A stretch of 25,427 nt of DNA from a virus (Duplodnaviria > Caudoviricetes): positions 1 to 25,427 of IMG/VR virus record IMGVR_UViG_3300014775_000694. One strand, given 5' to 3'. The position numbers were made by a program, and so were the translations under genes. The notes below the pieces were generated by a model that was given only the letters and a program-made list of their open reading frames with translations, searched no databases and was not told the origin of the DNA. Shown here in pieces: positions 14,314 to 24,843 of this stretch (positions within the stretch are counted from its first letter, which is position 1; each line of letters opens with the position of its first letter).

Positions 14314-15729
14314 ATGGCTTTGATGCAAGTACTGAAAACGTACTACAATGACCAGCAAATGACCGACACTAACTCGTTGGTTAATGCGCTGATGGAGAAG
14401 CCCGAAGAGCTTTCTCCAATTATTACGCACCTAGCTGGACGTGAAGAAAAGAAGTTTCCACTCTCTTTCCTAACCGAAGGTGTAGGTAATACAAAATCTA
14501 TTGACCGCTTTGAGTACGAGTACCGAGTGAAGACTCACGAAGTAAACGTACGTCCAGTAGTATCTTCTGTAGGAGACGGTACAGGTGGTGCTATCTTTAC
14601 AGTAGTATTCCCTGACAAGTGGTTTATTTTCCCATATACTCTCGTATCTCAGTCTGGGGTACTTGCACGTATTATGGCAGAGCCTACTCCTGTTGGAGGT
14701 GGCTACGAATACAAGCTGAAGCTTGTTTCCCCTGATCAATCATCTATGCCTGCAGCAGACATTGCAGCTGGTGCACTGTTTGGAATGCTGTACGCTAACG
14801 TAGGTGTTGACTTCTCTAGAGGTAACGCTTCTAACTGGGCTGCTCCAGGTCTCGTACGTTCTAAGATTGGTACTGTACGTAAGTCTTACCACTTCGCTGG
14901 AAATGCTAAAGATTACGTAGCTGAGTTCGAACTCCCAATGAAGGAAGGTCGTTCTACCAAACTTTGGATGGACTACGAAGAGTATCGTCACATGCTCAAG
15001 TTCAAGGAAGAGTGTGAGATGTACTACTGGTATGGTGAGAAGACTTATGACAACAACGGTCTTACCACTATGCTTGATGAAAACGGTCAACCAGTTATTT
15101 CTGGTCCAGGTCTGTTCGAGCAAATTATCAATAAAGACACTTACTCATCTCTTACTCAGTCTAAGATTGAGGATACTATTGGTGACCTCTTCTACGGTAT
15201 GACTGACGCTACTGATAAGCAAGTGACTCTGTTCACTGGTATTGGTGGTGCTCGTGAGTTCGATAAGGCTCTCCGTAACTACTACAGTGGTTCAAACTAC
15301 TTACAGACTACTGAATCTAAGTTCATCACTGGTTCAGGTCGTAGCTTGGGAATCACTGGTTACTTCACTTCATACGATCACATTGATGGTCACACAGTGA
15401 ACGTAGTTAAAGTTCCTCTCTTCGATCATGGTCCTGTTGCTCAAGCTTCTAATAAGCACCCTGAGTCAGGTCTCCCATTGGAGTCTTACAGAATGGTGTT
15501 CGTTGACCAGTCTAGCTACGACGGTCAGAACAACCTCCAAATGATCAATAAGAAGGGTCGTGAAATGCTACGCTGGTGTGTTGCAGGTTCAGTCGTTCCT
15601 AACGGCTTTACTTCAACTGACACTCGCGCTTCAGATATCGACGGTGCTTCTGTCCACATGTTGAAAACGGCTGGTATCCTGCTCCGCAGATTCGATACCT
15701 CGCTAGATCTTCAGTGTGTAGCATCGTAA
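14314..15729 (+). CDS. Major capsid protein (crAss-like, HK97 fold)
   Basis: 471 aa; position; GPGLFEQI and LFTGIGGAREF motifs; high-expression-like codon use; followed by hairpin. Confidence 0.9.
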   Translation: MALMQVLKTYYNDQQMTDTNSLVNALMEKPEELSPIITHLAGREEKKFPLSFLTEGVGNTKSIDRFEYEYRVKTHEVNVRPVVSSVGDGTGGAIFTVVFPDKWFIFPYTLVSQSGVLARIMAEPTPVGGGYEYKLKLVSPDQSSMPAADIAAGALFGMLYANVGVDFSRGNASNWAAPGLVRSKIGTVRKSYHFAGNAKDYVAEFELPMKEGRSTKLWMDYEEYRHMLKFKEECEMYYWYGEKTYDNNGLTTMLDENGQPVISGPGLFEQIINKDTYSSLTQSKIEDTIGDLFYGMTDATDKQVTLFTGIGGAREFDKALRNYYSGSNYLQTTESKFITGSGRSLGITGYFTSYDHIDGHTVNVVKVPLFDHGPVAQASNKHPESGLPLESYRMVFVDQSSYDGQNNLQMINKKGREMLRWCVAGSVVPNGFTSTDTRASDIDGASVHMLKTAGILLRRFDTSLDLQCVAS

Positions 15730-15746
15730 TTTGTGTTTGGTTTGCA

Positions 15747-15774
15747 GAGAGGGGGGTGTGAAAGCCCCCCTTTC
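15747..15774 (+). terminator. Hairpin/leaky terminator after MCP
   Basis: GAGAGGGGGG-TGTGAAAG-CCCCCCTTTC; short U tract. Confidence 0.7.
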
Positions 15775-15816
15775 AAACTAAACCTTATTGACAGTTATTC
15801 TTAAACTTAAAAGAAC

Positions 15817-16623
15817 ATGAGAAAAGTAATTATCAGACGCAAAGAAGTCCTAAACCATCTCCCAAAAGAGATCCGTGCAGGCGCAAAAGTTTCAATCGGA
15901 AGTATCTACGTAGGTAGACAACCATTGAAAGGAGTTGAAGGAGAAGAAGCTCACAAGCTTCTCTCAGGTATCCTAGATGTTCCCCCAGGTCACCAAGATT
16001 GGCCTAAGCAGGAAAAAACCTTTTGGGCATCTATGAGAGTAAAAGTTCCATTCGAAGGAGTAGAACTAAACATTACAGTAGACGAGGACGGTAACCCAGA
16101 GAATGTAATGGACTACTTGACTTACAAGTGGTGCATGAAGCACAGATTGGTTGCTGAGACTAAAGCAGAAATGGACGCTGACGGAAGAAAGCGTTTCTAC
16201 ATTTACGATCCTCAGAAAGACCTACTGAAGAAAAATAACGTAGTCAAATTATCTAAGGAAGCTGATAAGGAGTTTATTAAAGCCTCTACAGACATTGATA
16301 AGATGAAGAGACTACTTAGATTGCTATCAGATGGTAGTAATCCTGAGAAACTTACTGACATGGAGATAGAGAATCTTCTGTACGAAGTGAAGAGCAGCAA
16401 TCCTGCTAAGTTCTTGAAGTACGCTACAGATAAAGATCTAGAACTACGTTCAGAAATTGCAGAAATGGTGGAGCATGGAGTTATCCGTAAGATTGGGAAT
16501 CAGCATATTCATGATGATGAAACAATCGGGGAGAATGTAACTGACACCATTGTATACTTTAAGAACAAAAAGAACTCAGGCGCAGTAAACGCTATGAGGG
16601 CTAAATTGAAAGAAGTTAAGTGA
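15817..16623 (+). CDS. Conserved crAss-like capsid-module protein downstream of MCP
   Basis: Synteny; FW...V...G..LN...D..GNPEN..DYL.Y pattern. Confidence 0.7.
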   Translation: MRKVIIRRKEVLNHLPKEIRAGAKVSIGSIYVGRQPLKGVEGEEAHKLLSGILDVPPGHQDWPKQEKTFWASMRVKVPFEGVELNITVDEDGNPENVMDYLTYKWCMKHRLVAETKAEMDADGRKRFYIYDPQKDLLKKNNVVKLSKEADKEFIKASTDIDKMKRLLRLLSDGSNPEKLTDMEIENLLYEVKSSNPAKFLKYATDKDLELRSEIAEMVEHGVIRKIGNQHIHDDETIGENVTDTIVYFKNKKNSGAVNAMRAKLKEVK

Positions 16624-17738
16624 CAATTAACGAGATGCATATAGCTGTTAACCTGGGGGTGCAAAAGATTGCATCCTTCCAGGTTGACAACTTTTTACCA
16701 GAGGAGGTAGACCACGAGCTTAATATTGCGATGGATCGTTTTATTAAGCAGCGGTATAACCCTATGTCCAATAGGTACCAGAAAGGGTTTGAGCAGTCTC
16801 AAAAGAGAATTGATGACCTTAGACACCTTATTGTAACCACTACTTTAAATACATTTTCTGACGGGCAAGCAGAGTTCGGGGAAGACGAATTATTCTTCTC
16901 AGATAGAGCTGCACTCCCAAATGACTATCTCTTTCTAGTAAATCTACGTGCAGGCATTCTAGACGCATGTGAACCAACTACGTTCAGCCTTAACGTTGAT
17001 GAAAGCCAGTTTCAAAGAATAAGCTTAACACCCCCAGTTGCTGGGTACATCTTAACAGGGATTAAGATCTATCTAGATGACAATGAGACTTTGGTAGCCA
17101 ACAATGCTACAGGACTAACAAAAGATGAACTACTAGACCCAACAACATATACGTTTGTTTGTGCCCCATCGGTATCTATTGAACAGTTTGGGGTATCCTT
17201 AGTAGAACAAACTCCCACAGCAGATGGGAATGAATTGTATTTGAAGATTAATCCAGATGCCTACCCAGGCACACTAGCTACTACACTAGTGTGGGAACAC
17301 CCAACTGATAGTACAACTATTGGGGGTACTATTGAACCTGTAAACGTAGCTATGGAAGAGTCTTCAAATGTAACTATTCGAACAAGAGTACTTGCATCCC
17401 CAAAGACTGTAAGACTAGCTAAGGGTAAGTACTCACAACTGGATGACATCTACACACTGCTAGATGACCCATTCAATACAACGAAAAGCACATACCCGTT
17501 GTATACTATTGAAGAGAACTTCGTAGATGTCTACTCAACTAATGAGTTTGTAACACAGACAGTACGAGTAAAATATATTAGACGCCCACAACGAATGAGT
17601 AAGTCACTCGGAGTAGGGTGTGAGTTGCCTGAACACACTCACCAAGAGATTGTAGAGATGGCAATTAAGAGCATACTTGAGGGTGTACAAGACTCCAGGT
17701 ATCAGTCACAATCTGCGGAAACTGCAGAGAGTGAGTAA
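16620..17738 (+). CDS. Tail ring / tubular (head-tail adaptor) protein
   Basis: GFEQSQKRIDDLRHL, LPNDYLF, YIRRP, CELPEHTHQEIVEMA; GTG start in GTGA overlap. Confidence 0.75.
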   Translation: MTINEMHIAVNLGVQKIASFQVDNFLPEEVDHELNIAMDRFIKQRYNPMSNRYQKGFEQSQKRIDDLRHLIVTTTLNTFSDGQAEFGEDELFFSDRAALPNDYLFLVNLRAGILDACEPTTFSLNVDESQFQRISLTPPVAGYILTGIKIYLDDNETLVANNATGLTKDELLDPTTYTFVCAPSVSIEQFGVSLVEQTPTADGNELYLKINPDAYPGTLATTLVWEHPTDSTTIGGTIEPVNVAMEESSNVTIRTRVLASPKTVRLAKGKYSQLDDIYTLLDDPFNTTKSTYPLYTIEENFVDVYSTNEFVTQTVRVKYIRRPQRMSKSLGVGCELPEHTHQEIVEMAIKSILEGVQDSRYQSQSAETAESE

Positions 17739-17771
17739 TTTTTTAATGTTTAATCCCAAAAAATAAGAAAA

Positions 17772-18869
17772 ATGGGAACTAATTTATCACAAGTATTCAT
17801 TTCGAATGCTTTGACCGCACTTAGCGGAACTACATTTAACAGCTCAGGTAATGCTGCAGATGATGTAGGCGTATGGAAGCTGGATGCAACTGCAGGATAT
17901 ACTACAAGTGCTTTGTATGATGCAGTTATTGCTGCATCTTCTGCAGACACAAGTGCAGGCGACCTTAACCTGGTATCTCCTTTGTGGATAGTAAAAGATT
18001 TTCAGATTGTACAACGTACTATAACTGGAAACTTCATTGCTTCCCCAATCATCAACTCTAGCCAAGTTAAGCGAGTAGCTTACTACAATCACGTAGATGT
18101 AACTCTTGAGAGTACTACTCTAGATATTGCAGCATCTACCATTACTGGTGATGACATCGAAGTAAAGTTTGTAGTGCGTACAGCTCCAGTTGATTACCAA
18201 AACTTTTCAGATCCAGGCTCTGCCTTCAACGATCTGACTGGTGACGGTAAAGTTTGCCCAATCAGTATCACTACTAATACTAACCACAAAGTATACACTC
18301 TAGTGTCTACCCCTGCTGCTCGTCTAGCAACTACTGCAGCTGCTGATGACGAACTTGGTTTGTATGATGATATTTTGGCTAAAATCAATGATCACGCAAT
18401 CCTTGCAGATCTACTTAAGCCTACTGATAACGGTGGTTCAGGTTTGGCTATTCAAACTCGTTTTGCAGGAGTTATTGTAGACGTTATCTACAACAACGTT
18501 ACTGACGGTGAAACAGTAACTGCTACCGAGTCTGGATATGTAACTAAGACTGCATTTAACCCAGGAGTTGGTAACGACTTCCAAGTTATTGCAGACGAGA
18601 AGAGATGCCGTGGACGCTACGGTAACTTCAACCGTATGTACTTCCCTGATTCTGTGACTCAATACGCAACTGACGGTCACTTATATGACAAAATTGTTAT
18701 TGAGTACACGCACAACTGGCCAAACTCTACTGGTATTGCACCAGCTGGAGCTTTGAACCAAGCAATTATTTACTACTCTAATGAAGGTGCTGATCCTGGT
18801 ACTACAGCTACTGAATTTGACGATATCTTCGGATACGCAGTTGGTACTGATATAGAGTACAAATGGTAA
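17772..18869 (+). CDS. Abundant virion protein, probably auxiliary capsid protein
   Basis: Synteny after ring protein; MCP-like codon use; own terminator; GNFNRMYFP...YDKIVIEY C-terminus. Confidence 0.6.
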   Translation: MGTNLSQVFISNALTALSGTTFNSSGNAADDVGVWKLDATAGYTTSALYDAVIAASSADTSAGDLNLVSPLWIVKDFQIVQRTITGNFIASPIINSSQVKRVAYYNHVDVTLESTTLDIAASTITGDDIEVKFVVRTAPVDYQNFSDPGSAFNDLTGDGKVCPISITTNTNHKVYTLVSTPAARLATTAAADDELGLYDDILAKINDHAILADLLKPTDNGGSGLAIQTRFAGVIVDVIYNNVTDGETVTATESGYVTKTAFNPGVGNDFQVIADEKRCRGRYGNFNRMYFPDSVTQYATDGHLYDKIVIEYTHNWPNSTGIAPAGALNQAIIYYSNEGADPGTTATEFDDIFGYAVGTDIEYKW

Positions 18870-18882
18870 TAACTAACCTATT

Positions 18883-18918
18883 AGGGGAGCACAATTAAGT
18901 GCTCCCCTTTATTTCTTT
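18883..18918 (+). terminator. Intrinsic terminator
   Basis: AGGGGAGCAC-AATTAA-GTGCTCCCCT-TTATTTCTTT. Confidence 0.85.
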
Positions 18919-18921
18919 CCT

Positions 18922-19410
18922 ATGGCTTCAATTACACCTACATCTCCTATTCAAATCTCTCACAACTGTAAGCAGATTGCAGTAACTATCCCTATGATTG
19001 GGCAATCTCCTGGGCAGTATACTTTGGAGTTGTCTTATGGCTCTACAACTACAACGGTCCCAGTAGTCTTAAATCAGGGGCAGTCTCAGATTTTTTATAT
19101 TGCAGATGTTGAGACCAGTGGGGTAGTAGTAGCTACAGTAAAGAATGCTCAAGGATTAGTATTGGTTCAAGAAGCTTCAGTAGCTACTTGCCAAATTGAT
19201 TGCTGCATTGCTAAGCTTGTAGAGTCAGCAATTAACTGTACATGTCACTGCGACAAGTGTAAAGAAGAACTTGATCGCGCTGAAAAAATATTCCTGTTGC
19301 TACAGTCTGCAGTATATGCAGCTGAAGTTGCAGAAAACATTCAAGACGCTAAAGATAAATACGCAAAAGCAAATGAGCTGTGCACCGAAGTGTGTGCATG
19401 CGGATGTTAA
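18922..19410 (+). CDS. Cys-rich structural protein (tail hub-like)
   Basis: Ig-like N-half; C-half CC, CTCHCDKC, CTEVCACGC. Confidence 0.55.
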   Translation: MASITPTSPIQISHNCKQIAVTIPMIGQSPGQYTLELSYGSTTTTVPVVLNQGQSQIFYIADVETSGVVVATVKNAQGLVLVQEASVATCQIDCCIAKLVESAINCTCHCDKCKEELDRAEKIFLLLQSAVYAAEVAENIQDAKDKYAKANELCTEVCACGC

Positions 19411-19413
19411 GCT

Positions 19414-22400
19414 ATGATTCTATTCTACGCACAATCAGGTAATAATGAGGTAGTAGTAACTTCTCCTCTTTATACTTTCCCAGGGACTACAGCTTCCCCT
19501 AGGATGTATGCTGTCCAACCAGTTAGATACACAACTACTGATGGGACAGCTTCTGAGTTTAAAAATTCAGACATTGAGAAGTTTGTAGCCCTACCCCAAA
19601 ACAATGGACACTACATCTATAAGATTAAGTTCAGCAAAACCTTTGGGGGTAAGGATGGGTCATTGCTCACTCTTCGTGCGTGTTTCTCACAGAATAGATT
19701 TCAGACCTTCACCATTCCCTATGTAAAGGCTTCTACAGTAGGGAATACTAAAGCGTCTACAGAACCACTTACTGTATCTGTATCTTCTTCAGGAGCTGTA
19801 CTCCCAACCACCTCTTACAATGTATATGTAAACTCTACTCTTAAAGAGAACATTACAAACATATCTTCAGGGGCAAGTATTGATACTAACGATTATAGAG
19901 AAGCAGCTACAGGAGTACTAGAGATTGTAGGGGTAACACTTGATCAAGAAGCTACTGGGGTAAGCAGTAGAGACTTAGAGACACTTGTTAAAAGTGAGAA
20001 GTCTAAGTTCTTATACTCACAAAGATTCTTTAACCCAGCTGAGGGGATCAACGGTCATTCGAACTTTTTCTACATCTACGCAGAAGAATGTGATAAAGAA
20101 CCTACAGGTACTATTGATGAAGCCTGCTATGATTTAAATGCAGATACAGTATCAAGTAGTAGTAACCTTAGACTTAATACTAATGCGTGTACTTATGCTA
20201 GACGAGCCCCAAACAATGTCACTATTGAGCACGTACCTGGGGGTAAAACTCAACTAGCTAAGATCAAATACATTGAAGAAAATCTTCCACAGGACACTGA
20301 CCCAATTGATGAAGTAAGTGACTTTGATGCTACCTCAGTAACCACTATTATTAATGGATCTACTGTAGTAGATTCAACCCCTACGTCTAGCACTATTAAC
20401 GTAGACGGGAAAAATACTTTAGCAATATTTGAGTGGGAAGATGTCGATTCAGACAGTGAGTTTGTAACCCCATTCTATGACCTGCAAGATAAATCTGCAG
20501 TAACTGTTAGCTCCTTAGTAGGGGCAGAAGACGATAACCGAGTCTTTTATTTAGGTATATTTAGAACTCAGTCTGCAGGATGTACAGATAGCACTGCTAT
20601 TAACTACGACTCTGCGGCTACTAGAGACGACGGTAGTTGTGTATTCTGTGATGGGGTTGTAGGACAAGTTGCTAAAACATTTGCATTTGAAGCTACTGCT
20701 ACCAGCGAAGCTACAAGTGAGGACAATGATGATCAAACTAACTTTAACTTACTAACTACTATTGCTGACGCAGGCTCTCAGCTCATAACTTACTTAGAGA
20801 CCCAGGCAAAGTCTGTGTGGACATGTGAAGTATATGAAGCTGGGGATGTAAGTCTAAACGAGTATGGGGAACAAGCTACTGTAGGTAGCTCAATATTGTC
20901 TCTCTCAAATATAGGTAGTAGCACAATCCCAATCTTCCAAAAAGTCCCAACTACAAGTTCAGGACTTAACTCAGGTAGGAGATATGTAGCAGAAATTATC
21001 CTAACACTAGGTAGCTGCACTCACTACTTCTACAAATCATTTGGGGTACCATTCAATGGATGCTCAGATCCTGCTGCTGAAAACTATGTCCCTAACCCAC
21101 TTAACACAGGTAGAGGTAACTGTGACTACGATACTAGTGACAGAGCTATGTGTGAGGGGTCAGTACTCTACACAGTACTAAGTCAGGGTATGCAAGGGAC
21201 AGTATATAATTACACCCTTGTAATAGAAGGAACATTTGATGAGTTTGGGGTTCCTTTAACTGATTCTACTGTCTACAGTGTAACAACTACTGTATATGTA
21301 GACGGAGAATATGATTCAGAAGGGACTCAATCTTACAACTTCTCAGGCTCCCCAATAAGTATTCCATACGGTATTCCTACAGGAATGGTAGCTGTATACA
21401 GCATTACTGATGAGACTACTGGGTGTACTGTAGAAGTTACTGTAGAAAACCCATTAGATGCTGCAGTATTAGGATGTACTGACCCATCTGCAGAGAACTA
21501 CAACGCATTCGCAACTGAAGACGATGGTAGCTGCTTGTACTGTACAGATCTTGAGCTCACTGTAGACGGTATTACAAACCCTACAGGAACTTGTACCACA
21601 TCTAACAGTGATGGGAAAATAAAATTCCTGTTAACTGGGGCACCAGGAGCTTACACTATTTACTACAAAGGCCCAACCCCAGCAAGTAACTACGTAGCTC
21701 TAGATCCAAATACTAACATAACAGATTCAATCTTAAGTGTAGGTATTTATGATGCATATGCAGTAGTAGTTCTTTCACCTGATTACAGCTGTACAGTTCA
21801 ACTTTCAGATGCTCCAGCATACTTGACTGTAAATACTTCAGGGTGTGGATGCATGGATCCAGAGGCAGTAAACTATGATCCTACGGCAACGGAAGATGAT
21901 GGGAGCTGTATTAGACTTGGGTGTACTAATTCTTTAGCAGTTAACTACAATCCTTCTGCTACATATGACGATGGAAGCTGCGTTTACTCAGCAACCCCAG
22001 ATGATCCATTATGTATCCCTAAGCAGCTGGATAACGAACAGAAGTATCAAAACTTCCTAGACGGTATTGCTAACTGTGTAGTAAAAGAAGGAACTACTCT
22101 TCTCCTTAAAACTAAAAGTGGGATTAAGTGTGACACGGTAGAGCAAGTAAAACTTTCACTCATTACTTATTTATTAAATAGAATAGGGTTAGAGTGCATG
22201 TATAACTGTAACTACATTTTCCCACACACAGATGTAGCTGTAAGTTGTAAAACAAGATGGGAAGCTGGGGGACCAAGTGGGGGAGAAATTGAATGGGGTG
22301 ATGGAGTAACACTTACTCAAGGAGACATTTTTAGCTATGTAAATGCTGATGGGGTTACAGAGTACTGGGATGTAACAGGTGGAGAATACACTACTGGGGT

Positions 22401-22617
22401 TAGTATTCCAGTATATAACCCAGGAAACCTTGAGCTATGTGAAGACCTAACTCTCCCGTCAGGAACTGAAACATATTTAAATACTTTTATTAACTTTGCA
22501 CGTAAGTTCTGTACTGTATGTTTGGTTGAGCCAACAACTCAATCTTCACAAATGCAAGCCATCGCAAACACACTAAATGACATACAGCTTGAGAACGGAG
22601 ATAATATTGAATTATAA
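19414..22617 (+). CDS. Large structural/adhesin-like protein with GCTDxxAxNY...DDGSC repeats
   Basis: Five clear repeats separating beta-rich domains; Cys-rich helical C-terminus. Confidence 0.75.
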   Translation: MILFYAQSGNNEVVVTSPLYTFPGTTASPRMYAVQPVRYTTTDGTASEFKNSDIEKFVALPQNNGHYIYKIKFSKTFGGKDGSLLTLRACFSQNRFQTFTIPYVKASTVGNTKASTEPLTVSVSSSGAVLPTTSYNVYVNSTLKENITNISSGASIDTNDYREAATGVLEIVGVTLDQEATGVSSRDLETLVKSEKSKFLYSQRFFNPAEGINGHSNFFYIYAEECDKEPTGTIDEACYDLNADTVSSSSNLRLNTNACTYARRAPNNVTIEHVPGGKTQLAKIKYIEENLPQDTDPIDEVSDFDATSVTTIINGSTVVDSTPTSSTINVDGKNTLAIFEWEDVDSDSEFVTPFYDLQDKSAVTVSSLVGAEDDNRVFYLGIFRTQSAGCTDSTAINYDSAATRDDGSCVFCDGVVGQVAKTFAFEATATSEATSEDNDDQTNFNLLTTIADAGSQLITYLETQAKSVWTCEVYEAGDVSLNEYGEQATVGSSILSLSNIGSSTIPIFQKVPTTSSGLNSGRRYVAEIILTLGSCTHYFYKSFGVPFNGCSDPAAENYVPNPLNTGRGNCDYDTSDRAMCEGSVLYTVLSQGMQGTVYNYTLVIEGTFDEFGVPLTDSTVYSVTTTVYVDGEYDSEGTQSYNFSGSPISIPYGIPTGMVAVYSITDETTGCTVEVTVENPLDAAVLGCTDPSAENYNAFATEDDGSCLYCTDLELTVDGITNPTGTCTTSNSDGKIKFLLTGAPGAYTIYYKGPTPASNYVALDPNTNITDSILSVGIYDAYAVVVLSPDYSCTVQLSDAPAYLTVNTSGCGCMDPEAVNYDPTATEDDGSCIRLGCTNSLAVNYNPSATYDDGSCVYSATPDDPLCIPKQLDNEQKYQNFLDGIANCVVKEGTTLLLKTKSGIKCDTVEQVKLSLITYLLNRIGLECMYNCNYIFPHTDVAVSCKTRWEAGGPSGGEIEWGDGVTLTQGDIFSYVNADGVTEYWDVTGGEYTTGVSIPVYNPGNLELCEDLTLPSGTETYLNTFINFARKFCTVCLVEPTTQSSQMQAIANTLNDIQLENGDNIEL

Positions 22618-24029
22618 TGGCTAGCATTACAGATTTAACTCAACTAACTAAAACCAACGTAACAGGAAATGATCTGTTGCTAGTTGCTAACTCTGCTAGG
22701 AAGGACAATAAAAAGTTCCAACTTAGTGACCTTTTCCCAAGTGTGCAGACCGATGCATCAGCTTCTGGTCAAGCACTGTGGACAGGAATTACAAGTAAGA
22801 ATGTAATTAACCTGAAAGGTATTGAGTCTGCAAACTCTAAGCTAACTGTTACTACGGCATCGAGTGATATTGTGCTCACTTTAGTAGAAGCACAAATTGA
22901 TCTCAACAACTGTGACAACAGTACTTCTGCATTTCTATCTAGCGTAAACTTAGCCTCTAATGTTACTGGCACACTCCCAGTAGCTAACGGTGGAACTAAT
23001 GCTACATCATTTGCAGATAAAGCAGTTGTAATCACACAGGACTCAGGAACAGATACTTTATCTGCAGTTACAATGTCCACTAACGGACAGCTTCTTATTG
23101 GGGGTACTTCTGGTCCTACTGCAGCAACTCTTACTGCAGGGACTAACGTAACAATTACTAACGGTGATGGAACTATTGAAATTGCTTCATCTCTAGCATC
23201 TGTAGCATCAGATCTAGACATGAACAATAACGATATCGACTTAGGTACTGGGTATGTAAGTTCTGATGGGGCTAGTAATGGAATTAGAGTTACTGGGAAT
23301 AATGCCTACATTGGGGCTAGTGGTACTTATTTTAACTCAGCACTACTTAACCTTAGTGGGGGTATTGACTTAGTAGCTAATAGTTCTCACACAATTAAAG
23401 TTGCATCAGGAACTACCCCAGGCACACTTACTCTCCAAGGACAGGATACTACTACTGTAAATGGTAATGGGGGTAACTTAAACTTAGCTGCAGGTGATGC
23501 AGACGGTAGTGGGACAGGAGGAGCTCTTAATATTTACGGTGGAGATACTGGCTCAGGAACAGGTGGGGCAGTAAAAATTATTACATCTGTAGCAGGGACA
23601 TACACAGATGCACTCACTGTAAGCGGATCATCTGACGTTACTGTAAATGCAGGTAGCCTAATCATTACTGGGGCTACTGAAGGATTGGTTCACACTAATA
23701 GTGGGACAGTAACTCAGGCAACTAGTCACGCTACAGGAGTAACAGTTAATGCTTCTTCAGGTATTATCACCTTAGCATCTGTATCATTAGCAGCAGCTGC
23801 TGAAGCAGAATTTACTGTAACCAACAGTGCTGTTCAAGCAGACTCACTGATTATGCTTACAGTACAATCTCCTGCAGCCGCAACAGAACCTAACGGATCT
23901 ACAATAGTAGCACAGCTTAGTGCAGTATCTAGTGGTAGCTTTAACATCCGACTCACAAACCCAGGATCAGCTACATCTTCTACTACTGCACACAAAATAC
24001 ACTTCTTAGTAATTAATAACTCTGTATAA
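22617..24029 (+). CDS. Tail fibre/spike protein
   Basis: ITDLTQLT N-terminus, VTGTLPVANGGT and NGQLLIG...ATLTAG motifs, Gly-rich GGNLNL..G repeats. Confidence 0.8.
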   Translation: MASITDLTQLTKTNVTGNDLLLVANSARKDNKKFQLSDLFPSVQTDASASGQALWTGITSKNVINLKGIESANSKLTVTTASSDIVLTLVEAQIDLNNCDNSTSAFLSSVNLASNVTGTLPVANGGTNATSFADKAVVITQDSGTDTLSAVTMSTNGQLLIGGTSGPTAATLTAGTNVTITNGDGTIEIASSLASVASDLDMNNNDIDLGTGYVSSDGASNGIRVTGNNAYIGASGTYFNSALLNLSGGIDLVANSSHTIKVASGTTPGTLTLQGQDTTTVNGNGGNLNLAAGDADGSGTGGALNIYGGDTGSGTGGAVKIITSVAGTYTDALTVSGSSDVTVNAGSLIITGATEGLVHTNSGTVTQATSHATGVTVNASSGIITLASVSLAAAAEAEFTVTNSAVQADSLIMLTVQSPAAATEPNGSTIVAQLSAVSSGSFNIRLTNPGSATSSTTAHKIHFLVINNSV

Positions 24030-24040
24030 AATTTCAAACC

Positions 24041-24448
24041 ATGACACAGATTACAGGCACCAACCAGGAGTTTTTGGAGATTCTTCGAGGACTTGAAGCA
24101 ATCAAAGGAGTAAAAGGTAAAGCCTTTAGTATCCTAGTAGCTAGAAACATTGTCTCTCTAACTGAGCACCTCAAACCTATTGAAAAGGTAGCTGCTCCTA
24201 CAGAAGAGTTTAATGCAATTTCAGCTATTGCGCACCAGCATGCTGAGAATGAAGATGCTGAAGCATTGAAAGCACTTGAAGAAGAGCACAAAGACTTGAT
24301 TGAAGAACGTAAAGAACAACTTAAGAAAGTAGATGAACTGCTTGCAAAAGCATCTAAGGTAAAAGTAAACCTCATTCGTGAGGAGATCGTACCTGAAGAA
24401 GTAACAGCTGAGCAGCTTCTCCCGCTTTTGAAAATACTTAAAGACTGA
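24041..24448 (+). CDS. Helical/coiled-coil protein, possible fibre chaperone
   Basis: E/K-rich; follows the fibre gene. Confidence 0.6.
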   Translation: MTQITGTNQEFLEILRGLEAIKGVKGKAFSILVARNIVSLTEHLKPIEKVAAPTEEFNAISAIAHQHAENEDAEALKALEEEHKDLIEERKEQLKKVDELLAKASKVKVNLIREEIVPEEVTAEQLLPLLKILKD

Positions 24449-24840
24449 TGGCAGCAATTAAAGTAAAACTCAACGTAGAATCTGCAGGACTACTGTCTAG
24501 CCCAATTAAGCTGCTGGAGTCTGATTCTATTCTCACTACTGGTGTAGTTCAACGTATCGCCAAAACAATCACAGCAGTAAATGGAGGTGCTGTGACTCTA
24601 CTAGCTAAAGCTGATTTCTCTGATGCAGATGATCAGGTTGTAGTAGTAGTTAAGAACACTGGTGATACTTACGACCTATACCTAGAAGCAGGTGCTGATG
24701 TTGAGTTTATCAAGCTTAAGCCTGGACAGTTTGCAATGTTTCCTTGGTACCATGATGATACAGATGGGCAAGATATTAAGGCATATGCAAGCAATGCGTC
24801 AGGCACTACTGTAGAAGTAACTGCAGTTGAAATAACTTAA
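24448..24840 (+). CDS. Small beta-rich hypothetical protein, probably structural
   Basis: VVVKNT...IKLKPGQFAMFPW pattern. Confidence 0.65.
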   Translation: MAAIKVKLNVESAGLLSSPIKLLESDSILTTGVVQRIAKTITAVNGGAVTLLAKADFSDADDQVVVVVKNTGDTYDLYLEAGADVEFIKLKPGQFAMFPWYHDDTDGQDIKAYASNASGTTVEVTAVEIT

Positions 24841-24843
24841 AAC

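Noticed and set aside
7702-15729. Introns, inteins or stop-codon recoding in TerL/portal/MCP
   Set aside because: Frames are continuous in the standard code, with ordinary lengths and no intein motifs seen
19414-24029. Diversity-generating retroelement target in fibre genes
   Set aside because: No reverse transcriptase, and no template/variable repeat pair differing only at adenines seen in this window
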